A stretch of DNA of 64,000 bases from Shigella phage vB_SsoM_113, in the sequence record LR746311. One strand, given 5' to 3'. A program made the position numbers and the translations under genes. Under the pieces are notes generated by a model. It was not told the DNA's origin. It saw only the letters and a list, made by a program, of their open reading frames with translations, and ran no database searches. Below, in pieces: positions 35,981 through 46,921 of the stretch. Position 1 is the first letter of the stretch, and every line of letters starts with the position of its first letter.

Positions 35981-36977
35981 TTGGCATTTAGGCGTTAAAG
36001 CTGATGATGAGTGGATTCGCGGTATTCAAATTGATGGAATTAAGCAAGCGATAGAATATTCTAAGAAAAATGGAATTACTGTATGGATTCAATATGGTGA
36101 TATTTTTGATGTGCGAAAAGCAATCACACATAAAACTATGGAGTTTGCCCGTGAAATAGTTCAAATGCTTGATGGTGCTGGAATCACATTACATACTATT
36201 GTAGGAAATCACGATCTCCACTACAAAAATGTAATGCATCCAAATGCTTCTACTGAGCTTTTGGCTAAATATCCTAATGTTAAAGTATATGATAAGCCTA
36301 CTACAGTAGATTTTGACGGATGTTTGATTGATTTAATTCCTTGGATGTGCGAAGAAAATACTGGTGAAATTCTTGAACACATCAAAACTTCATCTGCTTC
36401 TTTTTGTGTTGGTCACTGGGAACTGAATGGATTTTATTTTTATAAAGGAATGAAATCTCACGGTCTTGAACCTGATTTCCTTAAGACTTATAAAGAGGTG
36501 TGGTCTGGTCACTTCCATACTATCTCTGAGGCTGCTAACGTCAGATATATTGGGACACCATGGACACTAACTGCGGGTGACGAGAATGACCCTCGTGGGT
36601 TCTGGATGTTTGATACAGAAACAGAACGAATGGAATTTATTCCAAACAACACCACCTGGCATCGTCGAATTCAATATCCATTTAAGGGGAAAATTGACTA
36701 TAAAGATTTTACAAATCTATCAGTACGTGTTATAGTAACTGAAGTAGACAAAAATCTAACGAAGTTCGAATCTGAACTAGAAAAAGTTGTGCATTCATTA
36801 CGAGTTGTGTCAAAGATTGATAACTCTGTCGAGTCAGATGATAGTGAAGAAGTTGAAGTTCAATCTCTTCAGACATTGATGGAAGAATACATTAATGCAA
36901 TTCCAGACATCACTGATTCTGACCGTGAAGCACTTATTCAATATGCAAATCAGTTATATGTAGAGGCAACACAATGA
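35958..36977 (+). CDS. 47: recombination endonuclease subunit gp47 (Mre11-like)
   Basis: 339 aa; phosphoesterase motifs LGDWHLG, GDIFD, GNHD. Confidence 0.92.
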   Translation: MKILNLGDWHLGVKADDEWIRGIQIDGIKQAIEYSKKNGITVWIQYGDIFDVRKAITHKTMEFAREIVQMLDGAGITLHTIVGNHDLHYKNVMHPNASTELLAKYPNVKVYDKPTTVDFDGCLIDLIPWMCEENTGEILEHIKTSSASFCVGHWELNGFYFYKGMKSHGLEPDFLKTYKEVWSGHFHTISEAANVRYIGTPWTLTAGDENDPRGFWMFDTETERMEFIPNNTTWHRRIQYPFKGKIDYKDFTNLSVRVIVTEVDKNLTKFESELEKVVHSLRVVSKIDNSVESDDSEEVEVQSLQTLMEEYINAIPDITDSDREALIQYANQLYVEATQ

Positions 36978-37237
36978 CTTTTGATGAATTTAAAAATGTT
37001 ATGATGAGTCAGCATTTTGAATGCGAAGTAAAAGATGATATTGGGCATAAAGAAATTATTGAATATTGGTTTGAACCGCTAGAGGTTGAAGATAATTGTA
37101 TTAAAAAGGTTACGGTCTGCACTGACTGGGCTGTATCTTTTAACTTCAACATTTTAGATAATGACACACCTAAATCATTACAAGATATGGCTGTATCTTG
37201 TATTAAGGATGCATACTGTGAAGTTTTTGACATTTGA
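36974..37237 (+). CDS. hypothetical protein (87 aa)
   Basis: ORF track; between 47 and 46. Confidence 0.5.
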   Translation: MTFDEFKNVMMSQHFECEVKDDIGHKEIIEYWFEPLEVEDNCIKKVTVCTDWAVSFNFNILDNDTPKSLQDMAVSCIKDAYCEVFDI

Positions 37238-37424
37238 CCTTAACGATGAATTCATAGCAAATATTGATTACACTGAAGAAGATTCTAGATATGTTGGAAT
37301 AATTTATATCACATCAAAAGCAGCACAAGGTGTTGTTTGCATGGCTGAATTTGATGAATACTTTTTAGATTATGATGATATGATAGAATGGTCTAAAAGA
37401 TACATTAAAAGGAATCTTTTGTGA
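37209..37424 (+). CDS. hypothetical protein (about 71 aa, start uncertain)
   Basis: Track ORF 37161-37424; internal ATG at 37209 chosen; acidic. Confidence 0.35.
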   Translation: MHTVKFLTFDLNDEFIANIDYTEEDSRYVGIIYITSKAAQGVVCMAEFDEYFLDYDDMIEWSKRYIKRNLL

Positions 37425-39103
37425 AGAATTTTAAATTAAACCGAGTTAGGTATCAAAATATAATGTCAGTAGGTGGAAATCCTATTGACATTCAACTAGA
37501 TAAGTTTCAAAAAACTCTTATTACTGGACGAAATGGCGGTGGTAAGTCTACTATGTTAGAAGCCATCACATTTGGGCTTTTTGGCAAGCCATTTCGTGAT
37601 GTAAAGAAAGGTCAATTAATAAACAGCACAAATAAGAAAGAACTTTTAGTTGAACTGTGGATGGAATATGATGAAAAAAAGTACTATATCAAAAGAGGAC
37701 AAAAACCGAATGTTTTCGAAATCACCGTTAACGATACACGTCTTAATGAATCTGCCAGCAGTAAAGATTTCCAAGCAGAATTTGAACAGCTTATCGGAAT
37801 GTCATACGCCAGTTTCAAACAGATCGTCGTACTCGGCACGGCTGGATATACCCCTTTTATGGGCTTATCCACTCCTGCAAGAAGAAAACTCGTCGAAGAC
37901 CTGCTCGAAGTAGGAACATTAGCTGAAATGGATAAGCTCAATAAAGCACTAATACGTGAATTAAATTCACAAAACCAAGTGCTTGATGTTAAAAAAGATA
38001 GTATTATCCAACAAATTAAAATATATAATGATAACGTTGAACGCCAGAAAAAATTAACTGGTGATAACCTTACTCGTCTACAGAATATGTATGATGATTT
38101 GGCAAAAGAAGCCAGAACGCTAAAATCGGAAATAGAAGAAGCTAATGAAAGATTAGTTAATATTGTTTTGGATGAAGACCCGACTGATGCATTTAATAAA
38201 ATCGGTCAAGAAGCATTTTTAATTAAATCAAAAATTGACTCGTATAATAAAGTCATTAATATGTATCACGAAGGTGGATTATGTCCAACCTGTTTGTCAC
38301 AATTAAGTTCCGGTGATAAAGTTGTTTCTAAAATTAAAGATAAAGTTTCTGAATGCACACATTCGTTTGAACAGCTTTCAACACATCGTGATAATTTAAA
38401 AGTTCTCGTTGATGAATACCGAGATAATATTAAAACCCAGCAGACGTTGGCGAATGATATTCGCAATAAAAAGCAATCTCTAATCACGACGGTAGATAAA
38501 GCTAAAAAAGTTAAAGCAGCTATAGAAAAAGCATCATCCGAGTTTATTGACCATGCTGATGAAATAGCACTGCTTCAAGAAGAACTTGATAAAATTGTTA
38601 AGACAAAAACTAATTTAGTAATGGAAAAATACCACAGAGGAATTTTGACTGATATGCTCAAAGATTCTGGTATTAAAGGTGCTATTATTAAAAAGTACAT
38701 TCCATTATTTAATAAGCAAATTAACCATTATCTTAAAATAATGGAAGCGGATTATGTGTTTACATTAGATGAAGAATTTAATGAGACAATTAAATCCCGT
38801 GGTCGCGAAGATTTTAGTTATGCTTCATTTAGTGAAGGTGAAAAAGCACGAATCGATATTGCTCTTTTATTTACTTGGCGTGATATTGCTTCTATCGTAT
38901 CTGGTGTTAGTATTAGTACATTAATTCTTGATGAAGTGTTTGATGGGTCATTTGATGCCGAAGGTATTAAAGGTGTAGCTAATATTATAAATTCAATGAA
39001 AAATACTAATGTTTTTATAATTTCGCATAAAGACCATGACCCGCAAGAATATGGTCAGCATCTTCAAATGAAGAAAGTTGGTCGATTTACTGTAATGGTT
39101 TAA
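37421..39103 (+). CDS. 46: recombination endonuclease subunit gp46 (Rad50-like ATPase)
   Basis: 560 aa; Walker A GRNGGGKST, long coiled coil, CPTC zinc hook, signature/Walker B near C-terminus; GTG start. Confidence 0.92.
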   Translation: MKNFKLNRVRYQNIMSVGGNPIDIQLDKFQKTLITGRNGGGKSTMLEAITFGLFGKPFRDVKKGQLINSTNKKELLVELWMEYDEKKYYIKRGQKPNVFEITVNDTRLNESASSKDFQAEFEQLIGMSYASFKQIVVLGTAGYTPFMGLSTPARRKLVEDLLEVGTLAEMDKLNKALIRELNSQNQVLDVKKDSIIQQIKIYNDNVERQKKLTGDNLTRLQNMYDDLAKEARTLKSEIEEANERLVNIVLDEDPTDAFNKIGQEAFLIKSKIDSYNKVINMYHEGGLCPTCLSQLSSGDKVVSKIKDKVSECTHSFEQLSTHRDNLKVLVDEYRDNIKTQQTLANDIRNKKQSLITTVDKAKKVKAAIEKASSEFIDHADEIALLQEELDKIVKTKTNLVMEKYHRGILTDMLKDSGIKGAIIKKYIPLFNKQINHYLKIMEADYVFTLDEEFNETIKSRGREDFSYASFSEGEKARIDIALLFTWRDIASIVSGVSISTLILDEVFDGSFDAEGIKGVANIINSMKNTNVFIISHKDHDPQEYGQHLQMKKVGRFTVMV

Positions 39104-39158
39104 TTTATAAGAGATTATGCTTTAATTTATTAGAGTATAATCTCTATGGAGGAAAAAC

Positions 39159-39347
39159 ATGGAATATTCAACTGGACAGCATCTATTAACTATTCCTGAA
39201 ATAAAACGATATATTCTGAGAAATAATTTTTCTAATGAAGAGCATATAGTTACTGAATCTATGCTTAAGAATGCATTTAAAGCAGAATATACGAAAATAA
39301 TGTCCAACAGAAATGAAGCTTGGACTGTTACTGATTATTATGACTAA
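39159..39347 (+). CDS. hypothetical protein (62 aa)
   Basis: ORF track; SD GGAGG upstream. Confidence 0.55.
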   Translation: MEYSTGQHLLTIPEIKRYILRNNFSNEEHIVTESMLKNAFKAEYTKIMSNRNEAWTVTDYYD

Positions 39348-39356
39348 AGGTGTATT

Positions 39357-39746
39357 ATGACTAAAATTACTGTGAATTATACTGTTGATGTAAAAGATAT
39401 TCAGCCAAAACACGTGCGTTCTGATTCAAATCCACAAAACCAAAATAAAATTCGTCGAGCATGGGTTTTGTCTCTTTCTGATAACGCGATGGAAGTTATT
39501 CAGAACAAAATTAAATCTGCACCTGCTCGTCATGCGTATTATGAAGCTATCGATCGTGAAGTAAGTAATAAATGGATTGAACTAATGCGCAAACATACGA
39601 CAGAATCTTTAAATGCTGGTGCTAAATTTATTATGACTTCATGTGGTGAGCGCCTTGAAGATGATTATTGTGGTAATGCAGATGAACGTCTAATTGTTGC
39701 TGCTCAAATTGTTGCGGAAACAATTGCTGCCGATTTTAATCGTTAA
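39357..39746 (+). CDS. rpbA: RNA polymerase binding protein RpbA-like
   Basis: 129 aa, located immediately upstream of gene 45 as T4 rpbA (recalled); not verified. Confidence 0.55.
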   Translation: MTKITVNYTVDVKDIQPKHVRSDSNPQNQNKIRRAWVLSLSDNAMEVIQNKIKSAPARHAYYEAIDREVSNKWIELMRKHTTESLNAGAKFIMTSCGERLEDDYCGNADERLIVAAQIVAETIAADFNR

Positions 39747-39772
39747 TTGCTTTATTAAATTAGTTATAAAAT
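39747..39772 (+). promoter_or_regulatory. candidate MotA-dependent middle promoter for gene 45
   Basis: MotA box TTGCTTTA at 39747-39754, 12-bp gap, -10 TAAAAT. Confidence 0.55.
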
Positions 39773-39801
39773 TAAATCTCATTTGAATTGAAGGAAATTA
39801 C

Positions 39802-40488
39802 ATGAAACTGTCTAAAGATACTACTGCTCTGCTTAAAAATTTCGCTACTATTAACTCTGGTATTATGCTTAAATCTGGTCAATTTATTATGACTCGCGCA
39901 GTTAATGGTACAACTTATGCGGAAGCAAATATTTCTGACACTATTGATTTTGATGTAGCAATTTACGATTTGAACGGTTTTCTCGGTATTCTGTCCCTAG
40001 TTAATGACGATGCAGAAATTTCCCAGTCAGAAGATGGAAATATTAAAATTGCTGATGCTCGTTCAACAATTTTTTGGCCAGCAGCTGATCCGAGCACAGT
40101 AGTGGCTCCTAATAAACCAATTCCATTCCCGGTAGCATCTGTTGTTACTGAAATTAAAGCTGAAGACCTTCAACAACTGTTGCGTGTATCTCGTGGTCTG
40201 CAGATTGATACAATTGCTATCACAGTAAAAGAAGGTAAAATCGTAATTAACGGTTTTAATAAAGTAGAAGATTCTGCTTTGACCCGTGTTAAATATTCTT
40301 TGACTCTTGGTGATTATGATGGTGAAAATACATTTAATTTCATTATCAATATGGCAAATATGAAAATGCAACCAGGAAATTATAAACTTCTGCTCTGGGC
40401 AAAAGGTAAACAAGGTGCTGCTAAATTTGAAGGTGAACACGCGAATTATGTAGTAGCTCTTGAAGCTGATTCTACCCACGATTTTTAA
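39802..40488 (+). CDS. 45: sliding clamp gp45
   Basis: 228 aa; MKLSKDTTALLKNFATINSGIMLKSGQFIMTRAVNGTTYAEANISD matches recalled T4 gp45. Confidence 0.96.
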   Translation: MKLSKDTTALLKNFATINSGIMLKSGQFIMTRAVNGTTYAEANISDTIDFDVAIYDLNGFLGILSLVNDDAEISQSEDGNIKIADARSTIFWPAADPSTVVAPNKPIPFPVASVVTEIKAEDLQQLLRVSRGLQIDTIAITVKEGKIVINGFNKVEDSALTRVKYSLTLGDYDGENTFNFIINMANMKMQPGNYKLLLWAKGKQGAAKFEGEHANYVVALEADSTHDF

Positions 40489-40490
40489 TA

Positions 40491-40506
40491 AAGGGCTTCG
40501 GCCCTT
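40491..40506 (+). terminator. terminator-like hairpin (no clear U-tract)
   Basis: AAGGGC-TTCG-GCCCTT right after gene 45 stop. Confidence 0.4.
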
Positions 40507-40537
40507 AAATTTACACTAAAACTTGAATGAGGAAATT

Positions 40538-41497
40538 ATGATTACTGTAAATGAAAAAGAACACATTCTTGAACAGAAATATCGTCCATCTACTATCGAT
40601 GAATGTATTCTTCCCGCCTTTGATAAAGAAACCTTTAAATCTATTACAAGTAAAGGTAAAATTCCACATATTATTCTTCATTCTCCTTCTCCAGGAACAG
40701 GTAAAACAACTGTAGCAAAAGCATTGTGTCATGATGTAAATGCTGATATGATGTTTGTGAATGGATCAGACTGTAAAATTGATTTCGTTCGTGGTCCTTT
40801 GACTAATTTTGCTAGTGCAGCTTCATTTGATGGTCGTCAAAAAGTAATCGTTATTGATGAATTTGACCGTTCAGGGCTAGCAGAGTCTCAACGACATCTT
40901 CGTTCCTTTATGGAAGCTTATAGTTCAAACTGTAGTATTATTATTACTGCTAACAATATTGATGGTATTATTAAACCGCTTCAGTCACGCTGCCGAGTTA
41001 TTACGTTCGGTCAACCGACTGATGAAGATAAAATTGAAATGATGAAGCAGATGATTCGTCGATTGACTGAAATCTGTAAGCATGAAGGAATTGCTATAGC
41101 TGATATGAAAGTTGTAGCAGCTTTGGTTAAAAAGAATTTTCCTGATTTTCGTAAAACTATTGGTGAGCTCGATAGTTATTCATCTAAAGGTGTTTTGGAT
41201 GCTGGTATTTTATCACTGGTTACTAACGATCGTGGTACTATTGATGATGTTCTTGAATCTCTCAAAAATAAAGATGTTAAACAGCTCAGAGCTTTAGCGC
41301 CAAAATATGCAGCTGATTATTCGTGGTTCGTAGGTAAACTTGCCGAAGAAATCTATACACGTGTAACTCCGCAAAGTATTATTCGTATGTATGAAATTGT
41401 TGGTGAAAATAACCAGTATCATGGAATTGCGGCTAATACGGAATTACATTTAGCATATCTTTTCATTCAATTAGCATGCGAAATGCAGTGGAAGTGA
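40538..41497 (+). CDS. 44: clamp loader large subunit gp44
   Basis: 319 aa from ATG 40538; Walker [11 protein letters not shown]; matches recalled T4 gp44. Confidence 0.95.
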   Translation: MITVNEKEHILEQKYRPSTIDECILPAFDKETFKSITSKGKIPHIILHSPSPGTGKTTVAKALCHDVNADMMFVNGSDCKIDFVRGPLTNFASAASFDGRQKVIVIDEFDRSGLAESQRHLRSFMEAYSSNCSIIITANNIDGIIKPLQSRCRVITFGQPTDEDKIEMMKQMIRRLTEICKHEGIAIADMKVVAALVKKNFPDFRKTIGELDSYSSKGVLDAGILSLVTNDRGTIDDVLESLKNKDVKQLRALAPKYAADYSWFVGKLAEEIYTRVTPQSIIRMYEIVGENNQYHGIAANTELHLAYLFIQLACEMQWK

Positions 41498-41498
41498 T

Positions 41499-42062
41499 AT
41501 GAGCTTATTTGAAGATGATATTCAATTAAACGAGCATCAAGTTGCTTGGTATTCAAAAGATTGGACAGCTGTCCAATCTGCTGCTGATTCTTTCAAGGAA
41601 AAAGCTGAAAATGAATTTTTTGAAATAATTGGAGCTATTAATAATAAAACTAAATGCTCTATTGCTCAAAAAGATTATTCAAAATACATGGTTGAGAATG
41701 CATTATCACAATTTCCTGAATGCATGCCAGCTGTATATGCTATGAATTTAATTGGATCAGGTTTAAGCGATGAAGCCCATTTTAATTATCTGATGGCTGC
41801 CGTTCCTCGGGGTAAAAGATATGGTAAATGGGCAAAACTGGTCGAAGATTCTACCGAAGTATTGATTATTAAGTTACTTGCTAAGCGGTATCAAGTTAAT
41901 ACAAATGATGCAATTAACTATAAATCAATTCTTACTAAAAATGGAAAACTTCCTTTAGTATTAAAAGAACTAAAAGGTTTAGTCACGGATGATTTTTTGA
42001 AAGAAGTGACTAAGAACGTAAAAGAACAGAAACAACTCAAAAAACTAGCATTGGAATGGTAA
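41499..42062 (+). CDS. 62: clamp loader small subunit gp62
   Basis: 187 aa; immediately after 44; matches T4 gp62 size and position. Confidence 0.9.
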   Translation: MSLFEDDIQLNEHQVAWYSKDWTAVQSAADSFKEKAENEFFEIIGAINNKTKCSIAQKDYSKYMVENALSQFPECMPAVYAMNLIGSGLSDEAHFNYLMAAVPRGKRYGKWAKLVEDSTEVLIIKLLAKRYQVNTNDAINYKSILTKNGKLPLVLKELKGLVTDDFLKEVTKNVKEQKQLKKLALEW

Positions 42063-42063
42063 A

Positions 42064-42432
42064 ATGATTGAAATTACTCTTAAAAAACCTGAAGATTTTC
42101 TGAAAGTAAAAGAAACTTTGACTCGTATGGGAATTGCTAATAATAAAGATAAAGTTTTGTATCAGTCCTGCCACATTCTTCAGAAAAAAGGACTATACTA
42201 TATCGTCCATTTTAAAGAAATGCTTCGTATGGATGGTCGCCAGGTTGAAATGACAGAAGAAGATGAAGTTCGCCGTGATTCGATTGCGTGGCTGTTAGAA
42301 GATTGGGGACTGATTGAAATCGTTCCTGGTCAAAGAACTTTTATGAAAGATTTAACCAATAACTTCCGAGTTATTTCTTTTAAACAAAAACATGAATGGA
42401 AACTCGTTCCAAAATATACGATTGGTAATTAA
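42064..42432 (+). CDS. regA: translational repressor RegA
   Basis: 122 aa; MIEITLKKPEDFLKVKETLTRMGIAN matches recalled T4 RegA. Confidence 0.92.
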   Translation: MIEITLKKPEDFLKVKETLTRMGIANNKDKVLYQSCHILQKKGLYYIVHFKEMLRMDGRQVEMTEEDEVRRDSIAWLLEDWGLIEIVPGQRTFMKDLTNNFRVISFKQKHEWKLVPKYTIGN

Positions 42433-42434
42433 GC

Positions 42435-42452
42435 AAGGGGCTTCGGCCCCTT
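42435..42452 (+). terminator. terminator-like hairpin after regA
   Basis: AAGGGGC-TTCG-GCCCCTT; weak U-tract. Confidence 0.4.
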
Positions 42453-42473
42453 ATTTGGAGTATAATATATTAA

Positions 42474-42510
42474 GAGCCTAATAACTCGGGCTATAAACTA
42501 AGGAATATCT
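42474..42510 (+). promoter_or_regulatory. gene 43 translational operator hairpin plus SD
   Basis: GAGCC-UAAUAACUC-GGGCU hairpin just upstream of SD AAGGAA; matches the gp43 autoregulatory operator recalled from T4. Confidence 0.7.
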
Positions 42511-45207
42511 ATGAAAGAATTTTATATCTCTATCGAAACAGTCGGAAATAACATTGTTGAGCGCTATATTGATGAAAACGGAAAGGAACGTACTCGTGAA
42601 GTAGAATATCTTCCGACTATGTTTAGGCATTGTAAGGAAGAGTCAAAATACAAAGACATTTATGGTAAAAATTGTGCTCCTCAAAAATTTCCATCAATGA
42701 AAGATGCACGAGACTGGATGAAGCGGATGGAAGACATCGGTCTCGAAGCTCTCGGTATGAACGATTTTAAACTCGCTTATATCAGTGATACATATGGTTC
42801 AGAAATTGTTTATGACCGAAAATTTGTTCGTGTAGCTAACTGTGACATTGAGGTTACTGGTGATAAATTTCCTGACCCAATGAAAGCAGAATATGAAATT
42901 GATGCTATCACTCATTATGATTCAATTGATGATCGTTTTTACGTCTTTGATTTGTTGAATTCAATGTACGGTTCAGTATCAAAATGGGATGCAAAGTTAG
43001 CTGCTAAGCTTGACTGTGAAGGTGGTGATGAAGTTCCTCAAGAAATTCTTGACCGAGTAATTTATATGCCATTTGATAATGAGCGCGATATGCTCATGGA
43101 ATATATTAATCTCTGGGAACAGAAACGACCTGCTATTTTTACTGGTTGGAATATTGAGGGATTTGACGTTCCGTATATCATGAATCGTGTTAAAATGGTT
43201 CTCGGTGAACGTAGTATGAAACGCTTCTCTCCAATCGGTCGAGTAAAATCTAAACTAATTCAAAATATGTACGGTAGTAAAGAAATTTATTCTATTGATG
43301 GCGTATCTATTCTTGATTATTTAGATTTGTACAAGAAATTCGCATTTACTAATTTGCCATCGTTCTCTTTGGAATCAGTTGCTCAACATGAAACCAAAAA
43401 AGGTAAATTGCCGTACGATGGTCCTATTAATAAACTTCGTGAGACTAATCATCAACGATACATTAGTTATAACATCATTGACGTAGAATCAGTTCAAGCA
43501 ATTGATAAAATTCGTGGGTTTATCGATCTAGTTTTAAGTATGTCTTATTACGCTAAAATGCCTTTTTCTGGTGTAATGAGTCCTATTAAAACTTGGGATG
43601 CTATTATTTTTAACTCGCTGAAAGGTGAACATAAGGTTATTCCTCAACAAGGTTCGCACGTTAAACAGAGTTTTCCGGGTGCATTTGTATTTGAACCTAA
43701 ACCGATTGCTCGTCGATACATTATGAGTTTTGACTTGACGTCTCTATATCCTAGCATTATTCGTCAGGTTAACATTAGTCCTGAGACTATTCGTGGGCAG
43801 TTTAAAGTTCATCCAATTCATGAATATATCGCAGGAACAGCTCCTAAGCCAAGTGATGAATATTCTTGCTCTCCGAATGGATGGATGTATGATAAGCACC
43901 AAGAAGGTATCATTCCAAAGGAAATCGCTAAAGTATTTTTCCAGCGTAAAGATTGGAAAAAGAAAATGTTCGCGGAAGAAATGAATGCCGAAGCTATTAA
44001 AAAGATTATTATGAAAGGCGCAGGGTCTTGCTCAACTAAACCAGAAGTTGAACGATATGTTAAGTTCAGTGATGATTTCTTAAACGAATTATCGAATTAC
44101 ACCGAATCTGTTCTTAATAGTCTGATTGAAGAATGTGAAAAAGCTGCTACACTTGCTAACACAAATCAGCTGAACCGTAAAATTCTTATTAACAGTCTTT
44201 ATGGTGCTCTTGGTAATATTCATTTCCGTTACTATGATTTGCGAAATGCTACTGCTATCACAATTTTCGGTCAAGTCGGTATTCAGTGGATTGCTCGCAA
44301 AATTAATGAATATCTGAATAAAGTATGTGGAACTAATGGTGAAGATTTCATCGCAGCAGGTGATACTGATTCAGTATATGTTTGTGTAGATAAAGTTATT
44401 GAAAAAGTAGGTCTTGATCGCTTTAAAGAACAAAATGATTTAGTTGAATTCATGAATCAGTTTGGTAAGAAAAAGATGGAACCTATGATTGATGTTGCAT
44501 ATCGTGAGTTATGTGATTATATGAATAACCGCGAGCATCTGATGCATATGGACCGTGAAGCTATTTCTTGCCCTCCGCTTGGTTCAAAGGGTGTTGGTGG
44601 ATTTTGGAAAGCGAAAAAACGTTATGCTCTGAACGTTTATGATATGGAAGATAAGCGATTTGCCGAACCGCATCTAAAAATCATGGGTATGGAAACTCAA
44701 CAAAGTTCAACACCAAAAGCAGTACAAGAAGCTCTCGAAGAAAGTATTCGTCGTATTCTTCAGGAAGGTGAAGAGTCTGTTCAAGAATACTACAAGAACT
44801 TTGAGAAAGAATATCGTCAACTTGATTATAAAGTTATTGCTGAAGTAAAAACTGCGAATGATATAGCGAAATATGACGATAAAGGTTGGCCAGGATTTAA
44901 ATGCCCGTTCCATATTCGTGGCGTACTAACTTATCGTCGAGCTGTTAACGGTTTAGGCGTAGCTCCAATTTTGGATGGAAATAAGGTAATGGTTCTTCCA
45001 TTACGTGAAGGAAATCCATTTGGTGATAAGTGCATTGCTTGGCCATCGGGCACAGAACTTCCAAAAGAAATTCGTTCTGACGTACTGTCTTGGATTGACT
45101 ACTCAACTTTGTTCCAAAAATCGTTTGTTAAACCACTTGCTGGTATGTGTGAATCGGCAGGTATGGACTATGAGGAAAAAGCTTCGTTAGACTTCCTGTT
45201 TGGCTGA
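42511..45207 (+). CDS. 43: DNA polymerase gp43 (family B)
   Basis: 898 aa; exonuclease motifs and polymerase motifs YGDTDS and KKRYA present. Confidence 0.97.
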   Translation: MKEFYISIETVGNNIVERYIDENGKERTREVEYLPTMFRHCKEESKYKDIYGKNCAPQKFPSMKDARDWMKRMEDIGLEALGMNDFKLAYISDTYGSEIVYDRKFVRVANCDIEVTGDKFPDPMKAEYEIDAITHYDSIDDRFYVFDLLNSMYGSVSKWDAKLAAKLDCEGGDEVPQEILDRVIYMPFDNERDMLMEYINLWEQKRPAIFTGWNIEGFDVPYIMNRVKMVLGERSMKRFSPIGRVKSKLIQNMYGSKEIYSIDGVSILDYLDLYKKFAFTNLPSFSLESVAQHETKKGKLPYDGPINKLRETNHQRYISYNIIDVESVQAIDKIRGFIDLVLSMSYYAKMPFSGVMSPIKTWDAIIFNSLKGEHKVIPQQGSHVKQSFPGAFVFEPKPIARRYIMSFDLTSLYPSIIRQVNISPETIRGQFKVHPIHEYIAGTAPKPSDEYSCSPNGWMYDKHQEGIIPKEIAKVFFQRKDWKKKMFAEEMNAEAIKKIIMKGAGSCSTKPEVERYVKFSDDFLNELSNYTESVLNSLIEECEKAATLANTNQLNRKILINSLYGALGNIHFRYYDLRNATAITIFGQVGIQWIARKINEYLNKVCGTNGEDFIAAGDTDSVYVCVDKVIEKVGLDRFKEQNDLVEFMNQFGKKKMEPMIDVAYRELCDYMNNREHLMHMDREAISCPPLGSKGVGGFWKAKKRYALNVYDMEDKRFAEPHLKIMGMETQQSSTPKAVQEALEESIRRILQEGEESVQEYYKNFEKEYRQLDYKVIAEVKTANDIAKYDDKGWPGFKCPFHIRGVLTYRRAVNGLGVAPILDGNKVMVLPLREGNPFGDKCIAWPSGTELPKEIRSDVLSWIDYSTLFQKSFVKPLAGMCESAGMDYEEKASLDFLFG

Positions 45208-45220
45208 TAGAATAAATCTA

Positions 45221-45241
45221 GGGACCTCCGGGTCCCTTTTT
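45221..45241 (+). terminator. rho-independent terminator
   Basis: GGGACC-TCCG-GGTCCC followed by TTTTT. Confidence 0.8.
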
Positions 45242-45323
45242 CATACAAGTAATATAAATCTATACTTAAGAAAAATAGATGATTCTAGGTCCTGTAAATT
45301 CATTAAAAATTTTTCACAAAACT

Positions 45324-45353
45324 GTTTACAAGACTGTTCCTCTGTGGTACTAT
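45324..45353 (+). promoter_or_regulatory. T4-type early promoter (repeated cassette)
   Basis: TTTTTCACAAAACTGTTTACAAGACTGTTCCTCTGTGGTACTATACAACTATCAAC. Confidence 0.7.
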
Positions 45354-45387
45354 ACAACTATCAACCAATACAAATTTGGAGAATGAA

Positions 45388-45768
45388 ATGAAAATTGCTA
45401 TTTTGGTTATTGCATTAGGTCTTACTGGTTGTGTAGCTCAAGGACCGGTAGTAAATCAGTCTGATGCAGGAAAAATTGTAAACTGTTCAAGCAAATTTTA
45501 TAATCCTAACGTCAAGTGTTATAAAGAGGCTCCAAAACAGACAGTAGAACAAATGCAGGCGAATTTTGACGAAGCTATTCGTCCAGACGAATCTGCTCAA
45601 GCATATCGTAATTCGGATGTAATTACACGCGAAGAAAAAATTGAAAACTACTGCGCCGAACTTTGGGCTAATTGGGCTAATAATTACCAATGGCGTACTG
45701 GTAAAAACGCTCCGATGGAGTATGTAGTGAATTCTTATAATTCATGCGTAAAAAATTTGACTAAGTGA
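45388..45768 (+). CDS. predicted lipoprotein (126 aa)
   Basis: Signal peptide with lipobox LTGC; ATG at 45388 after GGAGAATGAA. Confidence 0.65.
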   Translation: MKIAILVIALGLTGCVAQGPVVNQSDAGKIVNCSSKFYNPNVKCYKEAPKQTVEQMQANFDEAIRPDESAQAYRNSDVITREEKIENYCAELWANWANNYQWRTGKNAPMEYVVNSYNSCVKNLTK

Positions 45769-45775
45769 GGAAAAG

Positions 45776-46027
45776 ATGGAAACTTTAGTAGCAGGTTCAA
45801 TTTTTATGGTTTTAGTTTCAGGCGTGTTGGCTATTATTATATACATGCTTCCGTGGTTCATCGCCTTGATGCGTGGGTCAAAATCGACAGTAGGAATCTT
45901 TTTCACGTCTTTACTGTTTAATTGGTCAATTATTGGTTGGTTTATTACATTTATTTGGTCAATTGCGGGTGAAACTAAAAAATCCGCACAACCAAATCAA
46001 GTAATTATCATCAGAGAGAAGGAATGA
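45776..46027 (+). CDS. imm: immunity to superinfection membrane protein
   Basis: 83 aa, two TM helices; position between 43 and 42 as T4 imm. Confidence 0.8.
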   Translation: METLVAGSIFMVLVSGVLAIIIYMLPWFIALMRGSKSTVGIFFTSLLFNWSIIGWFITFIWSIAGETKKSAQPNQVIIIREKE

Positions 46028-46173
46028 AAAGCAAAATTTTAGCAGTATTGCTTTTAATCTTGATGATTATAATAAGTATATACTATAGCGTAACGGTTCC
46101 TTGTATGATTCCGACACTTATTATAGGTTGGGGTTTATTACTGTTACAAGTTAAATATGAATGCATCAATTGA
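46024..46173 (+). CDS. small hydrophobic membrane peptide (49 aa)
   Basis: Hand-translated ORF overlapping imm stop. Confidence 0.35.
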   Translation: MKSKILAVLLLILMIIISIYYSVTVPCMIPTLIIGWGLLLLQVKYECIN

Positions 46174-46180
46174 GGTTTAA

Positions 46181-46921
46181 ATGATTAACGATTATATGAC
46201 AGTTGAAGAAATCCGTCTTGATTTGGGTCTTGCATTAAAGGAAAAAGATTTCGTAATTGATAAAACTGGTGTTAAAACTATTGAAATTATTGGTGCATCA
46301 TTTGTAGCAGATGAACCTTTTATTTTTGGCGCTCTTAATGATGAATACATTCAGCGTGAACTTGAATGGTATAAGTCTCAAAGTCTGTTTGTTAAAGATA
46401 TTCCAGGTGAAACACCGAAGATTTGGCAACAGGTAGCATCTTCTAAAGGCGAAATTAACTCAAATTATGGTTGGGCCATCTGGTCAGAAGATAACTATGC
46501 CCAGTATGATATGTGTTTAGCTGAACTTGGTCAAAATCCTGATTCTCGACGTGGTATCATGATTTATACTCGTCCATCTATGCAGTTTGACTACAATAAA
46601 GATGGTATGTCAGATTTCATGTGTACGAATACCGTACAGTATCTGATTCGTGACAAGAAAGTCAATGCAGTTGTTAATATGAGAAGCAATGACTGCTGGG
46701 CAGGCTATCGTAATGATTATGCATGGCAAAAATACGTACTAGATAAATTAGTATCTGATTTGAATGCAGGCGACCCATCGCGGCAATATAAAGCAGGTTC
46801 TATTATATGGAACGTTGGAAGTCTTCATGTGTACGAAAATCAGTTTTATTTAGTTGACCATTGGTGGAACACTGGTGAAACTCATATTGCTAAAAAGGAT
46901 TATACTGGAAAATGGAAGTAA
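46181..46921 (+). CDS. 42: dCMP hydroxymethylase
   Basis: 246 aa; thymidylate-synthase-like fold sequence matching recalled T4 gp42. Confidence 0.95.
   Translation: MINDYMTVEEIRLDLGLALKEKDFVIDKTGVKTIEIIGASFVADEPFIFGALNDEYIQRELEWYKSQSLFVKDIPGETPKIWQQVASSKGEINSNYGWAIWSEDNYAQYDMCLAELGQNPDSRRGIMIYTRPSMQFDYNKDGMSDFMCTNTVQYLIRDKKVNAVVNMRSNDCWAGYRNDYAWQKYVLDKLVSDLNAGDPSRQYKAGSIIWNVGSLHVYENQFYLVDHWWNTGETHIAKKDYTGKWK

Noticed and set aside
40063-40479. Minus-strand 138-aa ORF inside gene 45, and similar antisense ORFs inside 43, 46, nrdD and dda
   Set aside because: All are fully embedded antisense to strongly supported conserved genes, with no SD, typical of chance ORFs.
45251-45258. Late-promoter-like ATATAAATC upstream of the lipoprotein gene
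   Set aside because: One mismatch from TATAAATA, and a strong early promoter lies 70 bp downstream; not called.
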